In this document: positions 34,650-44,134 of the stretch, in pieces
Layout of the letters: each line of letters starts with the position of its first letter
Numbering within the stretch: position 1 is the stretch's first letter
Source of the DNA: Bacteroidaceae bacterium
Lineage (GTDB): Bacteria > Bacteroidota > Bacteroidia > Bacteroidales > Bacteroidaceae
Assembly (NCBI GenBank): GCA_017453465.1
Contig: JAFTEV010000053.1
Span: 11,237 to 75,236 of the forward strand
Length of the DNA stretch: 64,000 nt
Reading direction: 5' to 3'
Program-made: the position numbers and the translations under genes
Notes under the pieces: generated by a model
Seen by the model: the letters and a program-made list of their open reading frames with translations, nothing else
Told to the model about the DNA's origin: nothing
The model's database searches: none

Positions 34650-35867
34650 ATGAAACGTTCATTGAAACTTCTCTGGCGCGGACTTACAGGTCTGCTTACT
34701 TATCTGGCCGAGTGGTTCACAGTCATTCTCGGTATGAAAGACGAATCTAAGTACGGCATCATCCTCCGCCGTACCGTAGGAACCTGTTTTGCCATCCTGA
34801 TGCTTATGTTTACAGGCATGATACTTTGGTGTGTGGTAGGCGAATATGTTTGCAATCATGTTTGCAACTATGTGGAAAAATGGGTGGAATCGGGTGAAAT
34901 TCCTCCATACGGCAATGAAGACCTTTCACCCGCCTTGTGCTATCACAGTGAATTAGAGGGTGGAAATGGCTTTCTCTACTTGCGCGATGGACGCAAGGTG
35001 CTTAAGGGGATTGATTGGATTGTCACTCCTGATGGTTCAGACACTCTTGCCTGCTACAGTGACGGCAAACTGCGTGGCTACTTCAGCATCCTTACGGGCA
35101 ACGTCGTTATCAAGCCTACCTACAAGCACGCATGGGTTTTCTCTGAAGGGCTTGCAGCCGTGGAGGACAGCGGAGAAATCAAGTTCATCGACCCCACGGG
35201 TCGGGTTGTCTTCAATCCGCACGTCCGCTACGTTCCTGGCGAGGGGAACTATGTGTTCCACAACAAAGGCTGTGTCGTCACCGACAAGACGGGGTGCTAT
35301 CGCGGACTCATCGACAAGCAGGGACACTATGTGCTGCCTGCAACCTACGAATCCGTTTGCTACTGCGATTCGTTCTGGATGGCCAATGCACCCAAACAAC
35401 ACCTTGTGCTCAACCAGCAGCTGGACACCGTCCTATATGTTGAAAACTCCACTGACCTGCGGATTGCGGAAGAGCATGAATGGTTTGAAGTGACCATGAC
35501 CGACCACACGCTTCGCACCTACACCTTCCAGGGGCAGCTCATCAACAACTTCTACATTCAGTCTGTAAACAAGCTCATGTATGAAACGAATGAAATTTAT
35601 TACACCACTCAGCGTGAATATGATGTAGATACAGAACAATACGTCGAAACGCAAGACTCCGACCCCTCCTACCGCATGGCTGTGGCCAACTGTTTAACGT
35701 ATGAATCCGCTGGAGGATGGTATGGACTGATGACACCCGCAGGTAAAATCATCACCCCGCCTTCCTATCGCCTCATTACGGCACATGGTCCCGACCTCTA
35801 CCTTTGTTCATACGACGGATATGACGTTGGAGTCTTGCTTAACAGCAAAGGAGAACCCGTAGAATGA
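34650..35867 (+). CDS. Membrane-anchored WG-repeat (KWG-type) protein
   Basis: The track ORF starts at TTG 34581. ATG 34650 gives MKRSLKLLWRG followed by TM helices. Repeated motifs of the type GYFSILTGNVVIKPTYKHAWVFSEGLAAVEDSGEIKFIDPTGRVV are typical of WG_beta_rep. Confidence 0.65.
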   Translation: MKRSLKLLWRGLTGLLTYLAEWFTVILGMKDESKYGIILRRTVGTCFAILMLMFTGMILWCVVGEYVCNHVCNYVEKWVESGEIPPYGNEDLSPALCYHSELEGGNGFLYLRDGRKVLKGIDWIVTPDGSDTLACYSDGKLRGYFSILTGNVVIKPTYKHAWVFSEGLAAVEDSGEIKFIDPTGRVVFNPHVRYVPGEGNYVFHNKGCVVTDKTGCYRGLIDKQGHYVLPATYESVCYCDSFWMANAPKQHLVLNQQLDTVLYVENSTDLRIAEEHEWFEVTMTDHTLRTYTFQGQLINNFYIQSVNKLMYETNEIYYTTQREYDVDTEQYVETQDSDPSYRMAVANCLTYESAGGWYGLMTPAGKIITPPSYRLITAHGPDLYLCSYDGYDVGVLLNSKGEPVE

Positions 35868-36547
35868 GACCTACTATAGAATACATACAAGACCGATTCG
35901 ATCACTTCAACTCGATGTGCTTTGGGGGCCAGCTGCCCCCTTTGCCCATTAAGTTGAGCCAGGCCCGCCACTATCTTGGTGCCATCAGGTATAAGCGGCA
36001 ACGCAACCTGTTGGGGCAGGTGGTGGGCTGTGCTGATGTGGCACTCCACATCAGCATCTGCTATGACTTGGAGGAACAGGTCATTGAAGACACCATCCTC
36101 CACGAAATGATTCATTATTACATCCTTGTCCACGGCCTTCACGACACGTCCCTGCACGGAGACATTTTCCAGAAAATGATGAACGACATCAATCGGCGAT
36201 ATGGCCGACACATCTCTCTCTCGCACCGCAGGACTCAGGCCGAGAACGCCAGTGACCAGAAGCGCCGTCCCCATTATTTGTGTGTGGCGCATCTGGACAA
36301 CGGACATACCTGTCTTGTTGTCTGTGCAAAGACCTGCATCTTCCAATTCTACAAGAAACTGCCTCGAATGTACGACATCAGCGACTGGACTTGGTACTTC
36401 TCTCCCGACCCTTACTTCAATCGGTACCCTGTCTGCCGCACTCCCAAGCTGTTCCGCATTGACGACCCTCACGAACTTTCGCTCCACCTCTGCAATGCTA
36501 CAGAGATGGAGTGTAATGGCCGCGTAATGAAGCCTAAGAAGCAATAG
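35864..36547 (+). CDS. SprT-like zinc metalloprotease domain protein
   Basis: ATGA overlap with the upstream stop (35864-35867). N-terminus FDHFNSMCFGGQLPPLPIKLSQARHYLG and the HExxH motif ILHEMIHYYI. Confidence 0.75.
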   Translation: MRPTIEYIQDRFDHFNSMCFGGQLPPLPIKLSQARHYLGAIRYKRQRNLLGQVVGCADVALHISICYDLEEQVIEDTILHEMIHYYILVHGLHDTSLHGDIFQKMMNDINRRYGRHISLSHRRTQAENASDQKRRPHYLCVAHLDNGHTCLVVCAKTCIFQFYKKLPRMYDISDWTWYFSPDPYFNRYPVCRTPKLFRIDDPHELSLHLCNATEMECNGRVMKPKKQ

Positions 36548-36572
36548 GGCTTCTGCCAGCCTGTGTGTGTGT

Positions 36573-38006
36573 TTAGGAAATCTTCTTTATTTTCCACCCG
36601 AAGGCTGCTACGAGCAGGGTTATGAGCGGACTGAGAATGTTGAAGAAACAGTAGGGAAGGTAGGTGAGCGTGGGGATGCCCAGCACCGTGGACTGGGTCA
36701 TGCCGCAGGTGTTCCAGGGGACAAGCACAGAGGTGACGGTGGCAGCATCTTCTGTGGTACGGCTCAAGAGCTGAGGGGCGTAGCCTTGTTCACGGTAGGC
36801 TTCGCGATACATGTCTGCGGTGAGGACGATGGAGATAAACTGGTCGCCCGTCGTGAGGTTCAGAAAGAAGCCTGTGCCCACAGTGGAGGAGACCAAGCTG
36901 AAGCGACCCTTTGCAAGGCGAAGAATGACACGTGTGAGGCTCTCAATCATGCGGCTTGCCACCATGGAGGCACCGAAGCACATGGCGCAGAGGATGAGCC
37001 ACACGGTGTTGAGCATACCAGCCATGCCACCCGTGGAAACCAGTTCGTTGAGTGAACTGCTGCCTGTCTCTACAGCTGTGGCTCCATAGTAGGTGATGGC
37101 CAGTCCGCGTGCGAGGGATTCGGGAGTGCTGAGTGTGGTGTCTGCTGCTATCTGGGTGAGGATGTGGGGTTGCAGGATGAGGGCCATGAAGCCGGCCATG
37201 ATAGCCGAGGCAAACAGCGTGATGAGCGAGGGGTAGCGCATGGCAATGAGTACCCCCGTAAGCAGGGGCACAAGGAGTGTCCAGAGCGAAATGTTGAAAG
37301 TCTGCGAAAGCCCCTCCGTGTATTGAGCCACATGGAGTTCTGTCTCGGCCACGTCACCTATGCCTGCAAAGAAGAAAATGAAGAGGGTGAGGATGAAGGC
37401 TGGTGCCGTGGTATAGACCATGTAGCGGATATGCCCAAAGAGGTCGGTCCCTACAGCCGAGGAAGCCAAAATGGTGGTGTCGCTCAGCGGAGACATCTTG
37501 TCGCCAAAGTAGGCTCCCGAAATGATGGCTCCGGCAGTCCATGCCTCCGATACGCCCAGGGCTTCACCTATTCCCATGAGGGCTACGCCGATGGTGGCAA
37601 TGGTGGTCCACGAACTGCCCGACAGCAATGACACGAGGGCGCAGATGGCACAGGTGCTGACCAGGAAGAACTGGGGCGACATGATTTGCACGCCGTAGTA
37701 AATCAGCGTGGGCACTACGCCGCTTATCATCCATGAACCCGAAATCATGCCCACGGCCAGCAGGATGAAGAGTGTGACGGAGATTCCGCCCAGCGTGTGT
37801 GTGATTTGTCTTTCAAAGTCTTTCCAAGGCACCCGATAGATGGTCATAGAGATGGCTATGCAGACGGCTGTGCCCAGAATGAGGGCTGTCTGGCTTCCTC
37901 CGTTCAGTGAGTCACTGCCAAAGAGGTAGATGACGGTGCCCAGCAGTCCTATCAGCACGATGATGGGGATGAGGGCGATGACGGGGTGAGGAAGTTTTTG
38001 ATTCAT
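36573..38006 (-). CDS. nhaC: NhaC-family Na+/H+ antiporter
   Basis: Polytopic membrane protein of ~477 aa counted from MNQKLPHPVIALIPIIVLIGLL. Start 38006 was chosen so that it does not overlap the ygiQ stop at 38032. Confidence 0.75.
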   Translation of the reverse strand: MNQKLPHPVIALIPIIVLIGLLGTVIYLFGSDSLNGGSQTALILGTAVCIAISMTIYRVPWKDFERQITHTLGGISVTLFILLAVGMISGSWMISGVVPTLIYYGVQIMSPQFFLVSTCAICALVSLLSGSSWTTIATIGVALMGIGEALGVSEAWTAGAIISGAYFGDKMSPLSDTTILASSAVGTDLFGHIRYMVYTTAPAFILTLFIFFFAGIGDVAETELHVAQYTEGLSQTFNISLWTLLVPLLTGVLIAMRYPSLITLFASAIMAGFMALILQPHILTQIAADTTLSTPESLARGLAITYYGATAVETGSSSLNELVSTGGMAGMLNTVWLILCAMCFGASMVASRMIESLTRVILRLAKGRFSLVSSTVGTGFFLNLTTGDQFISIVLTADMYREAYREQGYAPQLLSRTTEDAATVTSVLVPWNTCGMTQSTVLGIPTLTYLPYCFFNILSPLITLLVAAFGWKIKKIS

Positions 38007-38031
38007 ATTCCTTTCTTTTGTTTGAGAGGTC

Positions 38032-39882
38032 TCAGTTTCCAAAGAGTTTCTTGATTAAATCGGGTCTGCCCATGCGTGTGAGTTGCTGGATGAGGCGTTG
38101 GCGTTCTTCTTTCTTGTACCAGAAGAAGAATTGCCGCTGTGCCAGTTTCTCCTGCGGCTTCTTGGCCGAGAATACGGGTTGCAGGGTGTAGGGGTGGTAG
38201 CCTGTGTACCACGTCTCTGTGGCTACCGTCATGGGGGTAGGCGTGAAGTCCTGTATCTGTTCAAGGTGGAAGTCCAGCTGCTTGGTTATCACAGCCAGTT
38301 CTGCCATGTCTTCTGTGGTGCATCCAGGGTGGCTGCTGATGAAGTAGGGAATGAGTTGCTGGTGCAGGTGGGCTTCCTGGCAGACTTGCTGAAAGATGCG
38401 CTTGAAGTCGTAGAAAAGCTGGAAGGAGGGCTTCCGCATGAGCCATAGCACACGGTCGCTGGTGTGTTCGGGAGCCACCTTCAGACGGCCACTGACGTGC
38501 TTTGTGATGAGTTCGCGTGTGTATTGCCTGTTTATCCTGTTGATGCGTTCATCGCCTGTGTCGTGGAGTAGTAGGTCATAGCGTACACCACTGCCAATGA
38601 AGCTCTTCTTGATGCCTGGCAGCCTGTCAACGGCATGGTAGATGTCGAGCAACGGGCTGTGGTCTGTGTTCAGGTTCTGGCACACCTTTGGGTGAATGCA
38701 GGAGGGGCGTTTGCATCGGTGACAGAGGTCGAGGTCTTTTCCGTGCATGGCATACATGTTGGCGGAAGGACCTCCCAAGTCGCTGATGTATCCTTTGAAG
38801 TCGGGCATCTGGGTAATGGCTTTCACTTCGCGCAGGATGCTCTCCTTGCTGCGCGAGGTGATGAACTTGCCTTGATGGGCTGAGATGGTGCAGAAGGCAC
38901 ATCCTCCGAAGCATCCCCTGTGCAGATTGACCGAGAATTTTATCATTTCGTAGGCAGGGATGCGTCGGCCCTTGTATTTGGGATGTGGCTGACGGGTGTA
39001 GGGCAGGTCGAAGGCTGCATCCAGTTCGGTCTGGCTCATGGGCTGGTAGGGCGGGTTGACCACGAGCCAGCGGTCTGCTATCTGTTGCAGAATGCGCTGG
39101 GCCATGTATTTGTTCGACTCTTCTTCTATATGTCGGAAGTTCTCGGCCTGTGCCTTCTTGTTTTTCAGACATTCTTCGTGGCTGTGCAGGAGAATGTCGT
39201 CGGTGCGTATGCCGCCAGGTATCTCTCTCTTCTCCATGAGCATGACCGTCTGCTTCTGGGGATGGCGCATCATCAGGTTGCGGAACATATGGGTGTCAAT
39301 CTCGCAGTCTTCGGCTTGCAGCACTTGTGCGATGGAGGTGTTGGGCTTCTCGCCCATGCCATAGACCAGCATGTCGGCTCCAGAGGTATAGAGGATGCTG
39401 GGCAAGAGTTTGTCTTGCCAATAATCGTAATGGGTCAGCCTTCTGAGCGAGGCTTCGATGCCGCCCAGCAGTACGGGCACATCGGGGTAGATTTGCTTTA
39501 GGATTTGTGTATAGACAATGGTGGGGTAGTCGGGTCGCAGATGTGGGTTGCCGTCGGGCGAGTAGGCGTCTTCGCTGCGCAGTCGTTTGTTGGCTGTATA
39601 TTTATTGACCATGGAGTCCATGCAGCCTGGTGAAATGCCGAAGAAGAGTCGGGGCCGTCCCAACTTCTTGAAGTCGCGAAAGTCGCCATGCCAGTCGGGT
39701 TGCGGAACGATGGCCACACGGAGTCCCTGGGCTTGCAGGACACGACCTATCACGGCTGCGCCAAAGGAGGGATGATCCACGTAGGCATCGCCAGAGAAGA
39801 GTATGACATCCAGCGCATCCCATCCCAGCAGTTCGCACTCTTTCTTTGTGGTTGGCAGAAAGTCTGTCAGTCTGTAGTCCAT
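38032..39882 (-). CDS. ygiQ: YgiQ-family (UPF0313) radical SAM protein
   Basis: 616 aa. N-terminus LGWDALDVILFSGDAYVDHPSFGAAVIGRVL. Radical SAM cluster region HRGCFGGCAFCTI. Confidence 0.88.
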   Translation of the reverse strand: MDYRLTDFLPTTKKECELLGWDALDVILFSGDAYVDHPSFGAAVIGRVLQAQGLRVAIVPQPDWHGDFRDFKKLGRPRLFFGISPGCMDSMVNKYTANKRLRSEDAYSPDGNPHLRPDYPTIVYTQILKQIYPDVPVLLGGIEASLRRLTHYDYWQDKLLPSILYTSGADMLVYGMGEKPNTSIAQVLQAEDCEIDTHMFRNLMMRHPQKQTVMLMEKREIPGGIRTDDILLHSHEECLKNKKAQAENFRHIEEESNKYMAQRILQQIADRWLVVNPPYQPMSQTELDAAFDLPYTRQPHPKYKGRRIPAYEMIKFSVNLHRGCFGGCAFCTISAHQGKFITSRSKESILREVKAITQMPDFKGYISDLGGPSANMYAMHGKDLDLCHRCKRPSCIHPKVCQNLNTDHSPLLDIYHAVDRLPGIKKSFIGSGVRYDLLLHDTGDERINRINRQYTRELITKHVSGRLKVAPEHTSDRVLWLMRKPSFQLFYDFKRIFQQVCQEAHLHQQLIPYFISSHPGCTTEDMAELAVITKQLDFHLEQIQDFTPTPMTVATETWYTGYHPYTLQPVFSAKKPQEKLAQRQFFFWYKKEERQRLIQQLTRMGRPDLIKKLFGN

Positions 39883-42699
39883 TTATTTGCGCAGGAAGGC
39901 CATGAAGGCACTCATCAGTTGGTTGATTTTGTTTGTTTCGGTGATACTCTCGATGGGGAAGCCGAGTTTGATGTAGCGTTGCCCTGTTTCTTGGGCTATG
40001 CCTGCGGAGGTGCCGTTCTGGTAGAGCAGCATGGAGAAGGCTCCTCCGCTGGGGGTGACGGTGGTGGGGGCTGGCACGCTGTAGCTGTAGGGGTTCATTT
40101 CGCGCCAGATGCTGAACTCCAGTCCGCAGCCGTTGAGGGTTGTCAGAGATTTGTCTCTCTGGGGTGTGTCGCCAATGTTGGCTCCGCTCATCAGGGTGCG
40201 TCCGCCTCGGTTGATGTAGTCGTTCACAAGCTGGGAGGTGGTTGGGTTGAATACTCGTTGCACGCCGTAGATGATGTCGAGCAGGGGGTAGGCGTTGAGC
40301 AGTGTGGTGGCTCCAGGGTATTGCTTCAAGAAGGCTGACTCGCTGGTGGATGTGAACGAGTGGCCTGCGGCGAGGATGGCTCTGCCGTGGATGGCTGCGT
40401 AGTCGAAGGTGTTGCCCATGACGATGTGTCCTGCCAGTTCGTCGCCACTGGCTCCCAGTCCGTCGCTGGCTTCGCTGCCGGCCTTGGAGGTGTCGAAGCT
40501 GACTTGTCGGCCACTGAATCCGGCAAAGGCTCCATACTGCACGCCTGGGTCTGCGTCGAGGTCGAAGCCTTGCATTTGGGGGGTGTTGATGGCCTGTGGC
40601 CCTTCAAGGCGGGTGAAGGCGTTCACGATGAGTGTGGTGCCTTGGTTGTGGGGGCTGATGCCAGCGGCCAGTGTCTCTGTGGGGAAACTCTCTCCGCCCT
40701 TGTTGACGGCTGTGACTTTGAAGGAGTAGGGTAGTCCTGGCTCAAGCTGGGTGGTGTAGCTGGTGCCGCTGACCAGGGTGCCGTTGTCGAACCCCATCGT
40801 TCCGATGCGTGTATAGACGATGTATTTCTGTGGGGTGGCTGTGGGTTCGAGGGGGTCGTTCACGGGTGTCCAGCTGAGGGTGGCGGTCTGTTTCTTTTCG
40901 CCCAGCGTGATGCTGAAGTCGGTGGGGGGCAGGGGCTGTATGACGTAGTCGCGTTTGTGTTCTGTGGCGATGAACTTCACGATGGTCTTGTAGATGCTGC
41001 GGCACATGTCGAACTTGAATCGGGGGTCGTAGCCAAGTTGCATATCGTTGAAGTTCTGATGTGAGAGCATTTCGAGGATGCAGGCTGGGGTCATGGGTTC
41101 GCGTGCTTCGCCATAGTCGCGGTTCCAAAGTTTGCGTGCTGTCCAGCGGTAGGCACGAAGGTCGGTGGTCAGGTTGGTGAGCAACATGCTGGCCAGGTCG
41201 CGTGAGACGTAGCGGTCGAGTCCTGCTCCTGTCAGCCCCTCGTTGAAGTCTGTTTTGTAGATGGCCAGTGGACCAACAAATTCGTCTGTGGGGCGGTAGC
41301 CAGCATCGGTGTGGAAAGCAATGTTCAGTTCGAGGGGTACACGAAGCCCATCGCCAGGTGTCTGGTTGTAGACGCTGCCACGCGAGAGGTAGTTGACGGC
41401 TGCGGAACGTGAGTTAATGTCGTTGTTGTAGTCGTTGTTCTCGAAGCGTCCGCTGTGTACGCTGTAGGGGAATCCGTACCAGAAGGTGGCGTACTTTGCG
41501 GCTTCTGCCCATCGTGGCAGTCCGCTGGGTTGAAATTGGTTGTACTCATTTTCGGGCACTACGTTGCCCATGCCGCTGCCAAAGCGTACTGCATCGGCAG
41601 AGACGACTCCTTTGTGGGAACTCTGGTTGGTGAGGGTGACCATGCCTGTGTCGTGTGTGCCCTGGCTGAACTCGAAGGTGCCGAGATAGACCCATGTGCC
41701 GCCTCCCATCTGCTGGTTGACGGAGAATTCGGTCATTCCGCCTTTGTGGAACACGGTGTAGTGGGCATCTGTCACGCTGTTCTGGTAGGATTTGTAGGTG
41801 ACATAGACGGCATAGCGGCCTGCTTCGGGTATGCTGGGAATCCATTGTGCACGGGCTTCGTCCTTCACGCTCGTCACGGTCTGTATGTAGCGGGCTGTGC
41901 CATCGGTGAAGGGGGTGTCGCACACTTGATAAATCTGTTTGTTGTTGGCAAAGCCGTAGTCGGGGGCTGTGGCCCAGGCTTTCTTCCCTTTCTTCTTGCG
42001 TTGGCTTTCGATGTAGAGGCCGTCCTTCTGGGGCTGGTCGTTGTCAACAATGACTTCGTGGTTTTGCCAGTCGCGTTCACGGGGCGTGAAGACGATGGCT
42101 CCTGCATTTTCTAGCATGGGGATGATGTAGGGGATGACGAAGGTCTGGCTGAAGAGGTCTTCGCAGGTGCAGAAGAGGCGTGGGCGTTGCCAGGTCCAGC
42201 TGTAGGTGGCGTTCTTGAAGTAGATGCCGTGGCTCTGCCAGAGGGAGATGTGTGTGCCCTCAAGTCCTGCCTGTGCGGTGTAGGGGCGTGAGAGGTTCTT
42301 GACCCACGAGGCACCTGTGTAGGTGTTGTGCAGGAGGCGTGTGGGGTCTTTCTTGCCTGTGCGGAAGTAGTTGGGGATGAGGTCTTCGATGGGGTGGTCT
42401 TCGGTCAGCACGGTGAGGTCGTACCGCTTCTTACCTGGTGGCAGGAATGTGCGTATGCGACTGTAGATGGAGTCCACCACGATGGGGGTGAAGTGTTGTT
42501 CCGAGAAGCCACCTCCGAGCACTATCTCTATCTTGCGCTGGCTGTCATCTACTATGCAGCTGGTCAGGGTGGGGCGGTTGATGTTGGCATCCCAGCGACG
42601 GTAGGTGGTGAGCCAGTCGGTGAGTTGGGTCTCCAGTGTCTGTGATGCAGTTGCAAGTGCATAGCACAGCAAGCAGGTGTAGAGGAAGATTTTTTTCAT
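39883..42699 (-). CDS. Large secreted protein with an Amidase_3 (MurNAc-LAA)-like region and an FN3-like domain
   Basis: Signal peptide MKKIFLYTCLLCYALATASQ. Amidase-like motifs LNIAFHTDAG and ACILEMLSHQNFNDM. FN3-like segment PPTDFSITLGEKKQTATLSWTPV...YSFKVTAVNKGGES. The function call is tentative. Confidence 0.5.
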   Translation of the reverse strand: MKKIFLYTCLLCYALATASQTLETQLTDWLTTYRRWDANINRPTLTSCIVDDSQRKIEIVLGGGFSEQHFTPIVVDSIYSRIRTFLPPGKKRYDLTVLTEDHPIEDLIPNYFRTGKKDPTRLLHNTYTGASWVKNLSRPYTAQAGLEGTHISLWQSHGIYFKNATYSWTWQRPRLFCTCEDLFSQTFVIPYIIPMLENAGAIVFTPRERDWQNHEVIVDNDQPQKDGLYIESQRKKKGKKAWATAPDYGFANNKQIYQVCDTPFTDGTARYIQTVTSVKDEARAQWIPSIPEAGRYAVYVTYKSYQNSVTDAHYTVFHKGGMTEFSVNQQMGGGTWVYLGTFEFSQGTHDTGMVTLTNQSSHKGVVSADAVRFGSGMGNVVPENEYNQFQPSGLPRWAEAAKYATFWYGFPYSVHSGRFENNDYNNDINSRSAAVNYLSRGSVYNQTPGDGLRVPLELNIAFHTDAGYRPTDEFVGPLAIYKTDFNEGLTGAGLDRYVSRDLASMLLTNLTTDLRAYRWTARKLWNRDYGEAREPMTPACILEMLSHQNFNDMQLGYDPRFKFDMCRSIYKTIVKFIATEHKRDYVIQPLPPTDFSITLGEKKQTATLSWTPVNDPLEPTATPQKYIVYTRIGTMGFDNGTLVSGTSYTTQLEPGLPYSFKVTAVNKGGESFPTETLAAGISPHNQGTTLIVNAFTRLEGPQAINTPQMQGFDLDADPGVQYGAFAGFSGRQVSFDTSKAGSEASDGLGASGDELAGHIVMGNTFDYAAIHGRAILAAGHSFTSTSESAFLKQYPGATTLLNAYPLLDIIYGVQRVFNPTTSQLVNDYINRGGRTLMSGANIGDTPQRDKSLTTLNGCGLEFSIWREMNPYSYSVPAPTTVTPSGGAFSMLLYQNGTSAGIAQETGQRYIKLGFPIESITETNKINQLMSAFMAFLRK

Positions 42700-42707
42700 A
42701 GGTCTCC

Positions 42708-43961
42708 TTATTTATTGTCGATAGTGTATCGGTATTTGTTGAATCCTACCAGTTTGTCGTATCTTTCGCCAAAGGGACGGTGATAGACATAGACCCAGTA
42801 TTCGTTCTCGGTCTGGTGGAAGTTGCCTTCGCAGGGCAGGGTGCTGCCTATGGTCTCGTCGTCGTGGACAAAGAGGTATTGGTAGTTGTAGGAACCTTGC
42901 TTGAGGGGTTTTACAATTTCGTAGCAGTGGTCAATCAGATTGTATATCATTTTGTTGTCCTCGTTCAGGTGTCCATCGGTCAAGTCGCCGTTCAGATAGA
43001 CATCGCCACCAGCTATGGGGGGCATAATGAGCTTGAAGTGGGTGTAGAAGTAGTCGCTCTCTGTGTCGTTGTCGATGTTGTTTCCGTTCCTTATCCAGTA
43101 GCGTCCGTTCTGGTCCTGGTCGTAGAGATAATGGGTACGTTGCTTGTCGTCGAAGAGGGTGGCATGGTAGTAGGGGGCATGGAACGACATGCTGAAGACG
43201 CGCATGGTGGGCACGTATTCATCGAGAATTTCAAATCGGCGATATTCGTTGCCTGCTTCGAAGATGAGGTTGCGGTTGTGGGTGTAGATGAGTTCCCCGT
43301 TGCGCAGGTAGGTGGGCTGGATGCCTTCTACGTGGTTGTCCCAACGTCGGTTTTGCACTACGACGGGCATGAAGTCGCTGACGGGATTTTGCACGCTGTA
43401 GCCCAAATAGTTTACGCGGAAATCGAGCTGCTGATGTTGTGCCCATGTGTCGATGTCGGTGTTTCCGCTCACCTCGATGCCGATGCTGACGTGGGGTTCC
43501 AGCAGGGAGAAGCAGGCTTGTGCCACGGGGGTATCTACTCCGTCCTCGTAGATGTCGATGCGATAGTTGCCCGAAAGTTTCAGTTGTAGCTCGTCGTTGG
43601 GCACAGTGAAGGTGTAGTGGTTGTACTCCATGGTGGTGTTCATCGACGGTTCGTAGTCCTCAATGCGTTGGTCGTTGAATCCGTCCATGTATTCGCTTGC
43701 GATGAGTTCGCTCTGGGTCCAGTCTGCATTGCAGTGGATAATGTTGTAGGTGTAGCGCACGTAGCTGTGCTGCAAGTCATCGAAAGATATTTCCAGATAG
43801 TTGTCCCCTCTCAACAGCAAAACGGGGGCTTCACCCCATTCTCCGTTCTGTTTTACTTGCAACGTTTTGATTCTGTCAGAAAAGATGCGGTTCGTCTGTG
43901 CAGACGAATATAAGCAGAAAAGGAAAAAAATCAATGCAGTACAAATTGCCTTATGTTTCAT
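42708..43961 (-). CDS. DUF5103 / T9SS plug-protein-family protein (tentative)
   Basis: 417 aa with a signal peptide. IFSDRIKTLQVKQNGEW...LEISFDDLQHSYVRYTYNIIHCNADW...NTTMEYNHYTFTVPN matches my recollection of the DUF5103 N-terminal pattern. Not verified by search. Confidence 0.55.
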   Translation of the reverse strand: MKHKAICTALIFFLFCLYSSAQTNRIFSDRIKTLQVKQNGEWGEAPVLLLRGDNYLEISFDDLQHSYVRYTYNIIHCNADWTQSELIASEYMDGFNDQRIEDYEPSMNTTMEYNHYTFTVPNDELQLKLSGNYRIDIYEDGVDTPVAQACFSLLEPHVSIGIEVSGNTDIDTWAQHQQLDFRVNYLGYSVQNPVSDFMPVVVQNRRWDNHVEGIQPTYLRNGELIYTHNRNLIFEAGNEYRRFEILDEYVPTMRVFSMSFHAPYYHATLFDDKQRTHYLYDQDQNGRYWIRNGNNIDNDTESDYFYTHFKLIMPPIAGGDVYLNGDLTDGHLNEDNKMIYNLIDHCYEIVKPLKQGSYNYQYLFVHDDETIGSTLPCEGNFHQTENEYWVYVYHRPFGERYDKLVGFNKYRYTIDNK

Positions 43962-44105
43962 GTTCTTGTGTTTTGGGCTTCAAAATTAGCGATTTCTTGT
44001 GAACTAACGTCTATGTTTTCGCTTTTTTTACTTTGCATTCCTCCTTTTTTCGTGGATCTAAGTGCTTTTTTGTTAAAAAAGAATGACCGAAACGGCAAAA
44101 TGTAT

Positions 44106-44113
44106 TATCTTTG
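44106..44113 (+). promoter_or_regulatory. Bacteroidota -7 box (TATCTTTG)
   Basis: TAtcTTTGCCGC, 22 nt upstream of ATG 44135. Confidence 0.5.
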
Positions 44114-44134
44114 CCGCACAAATATTATTAAAAG

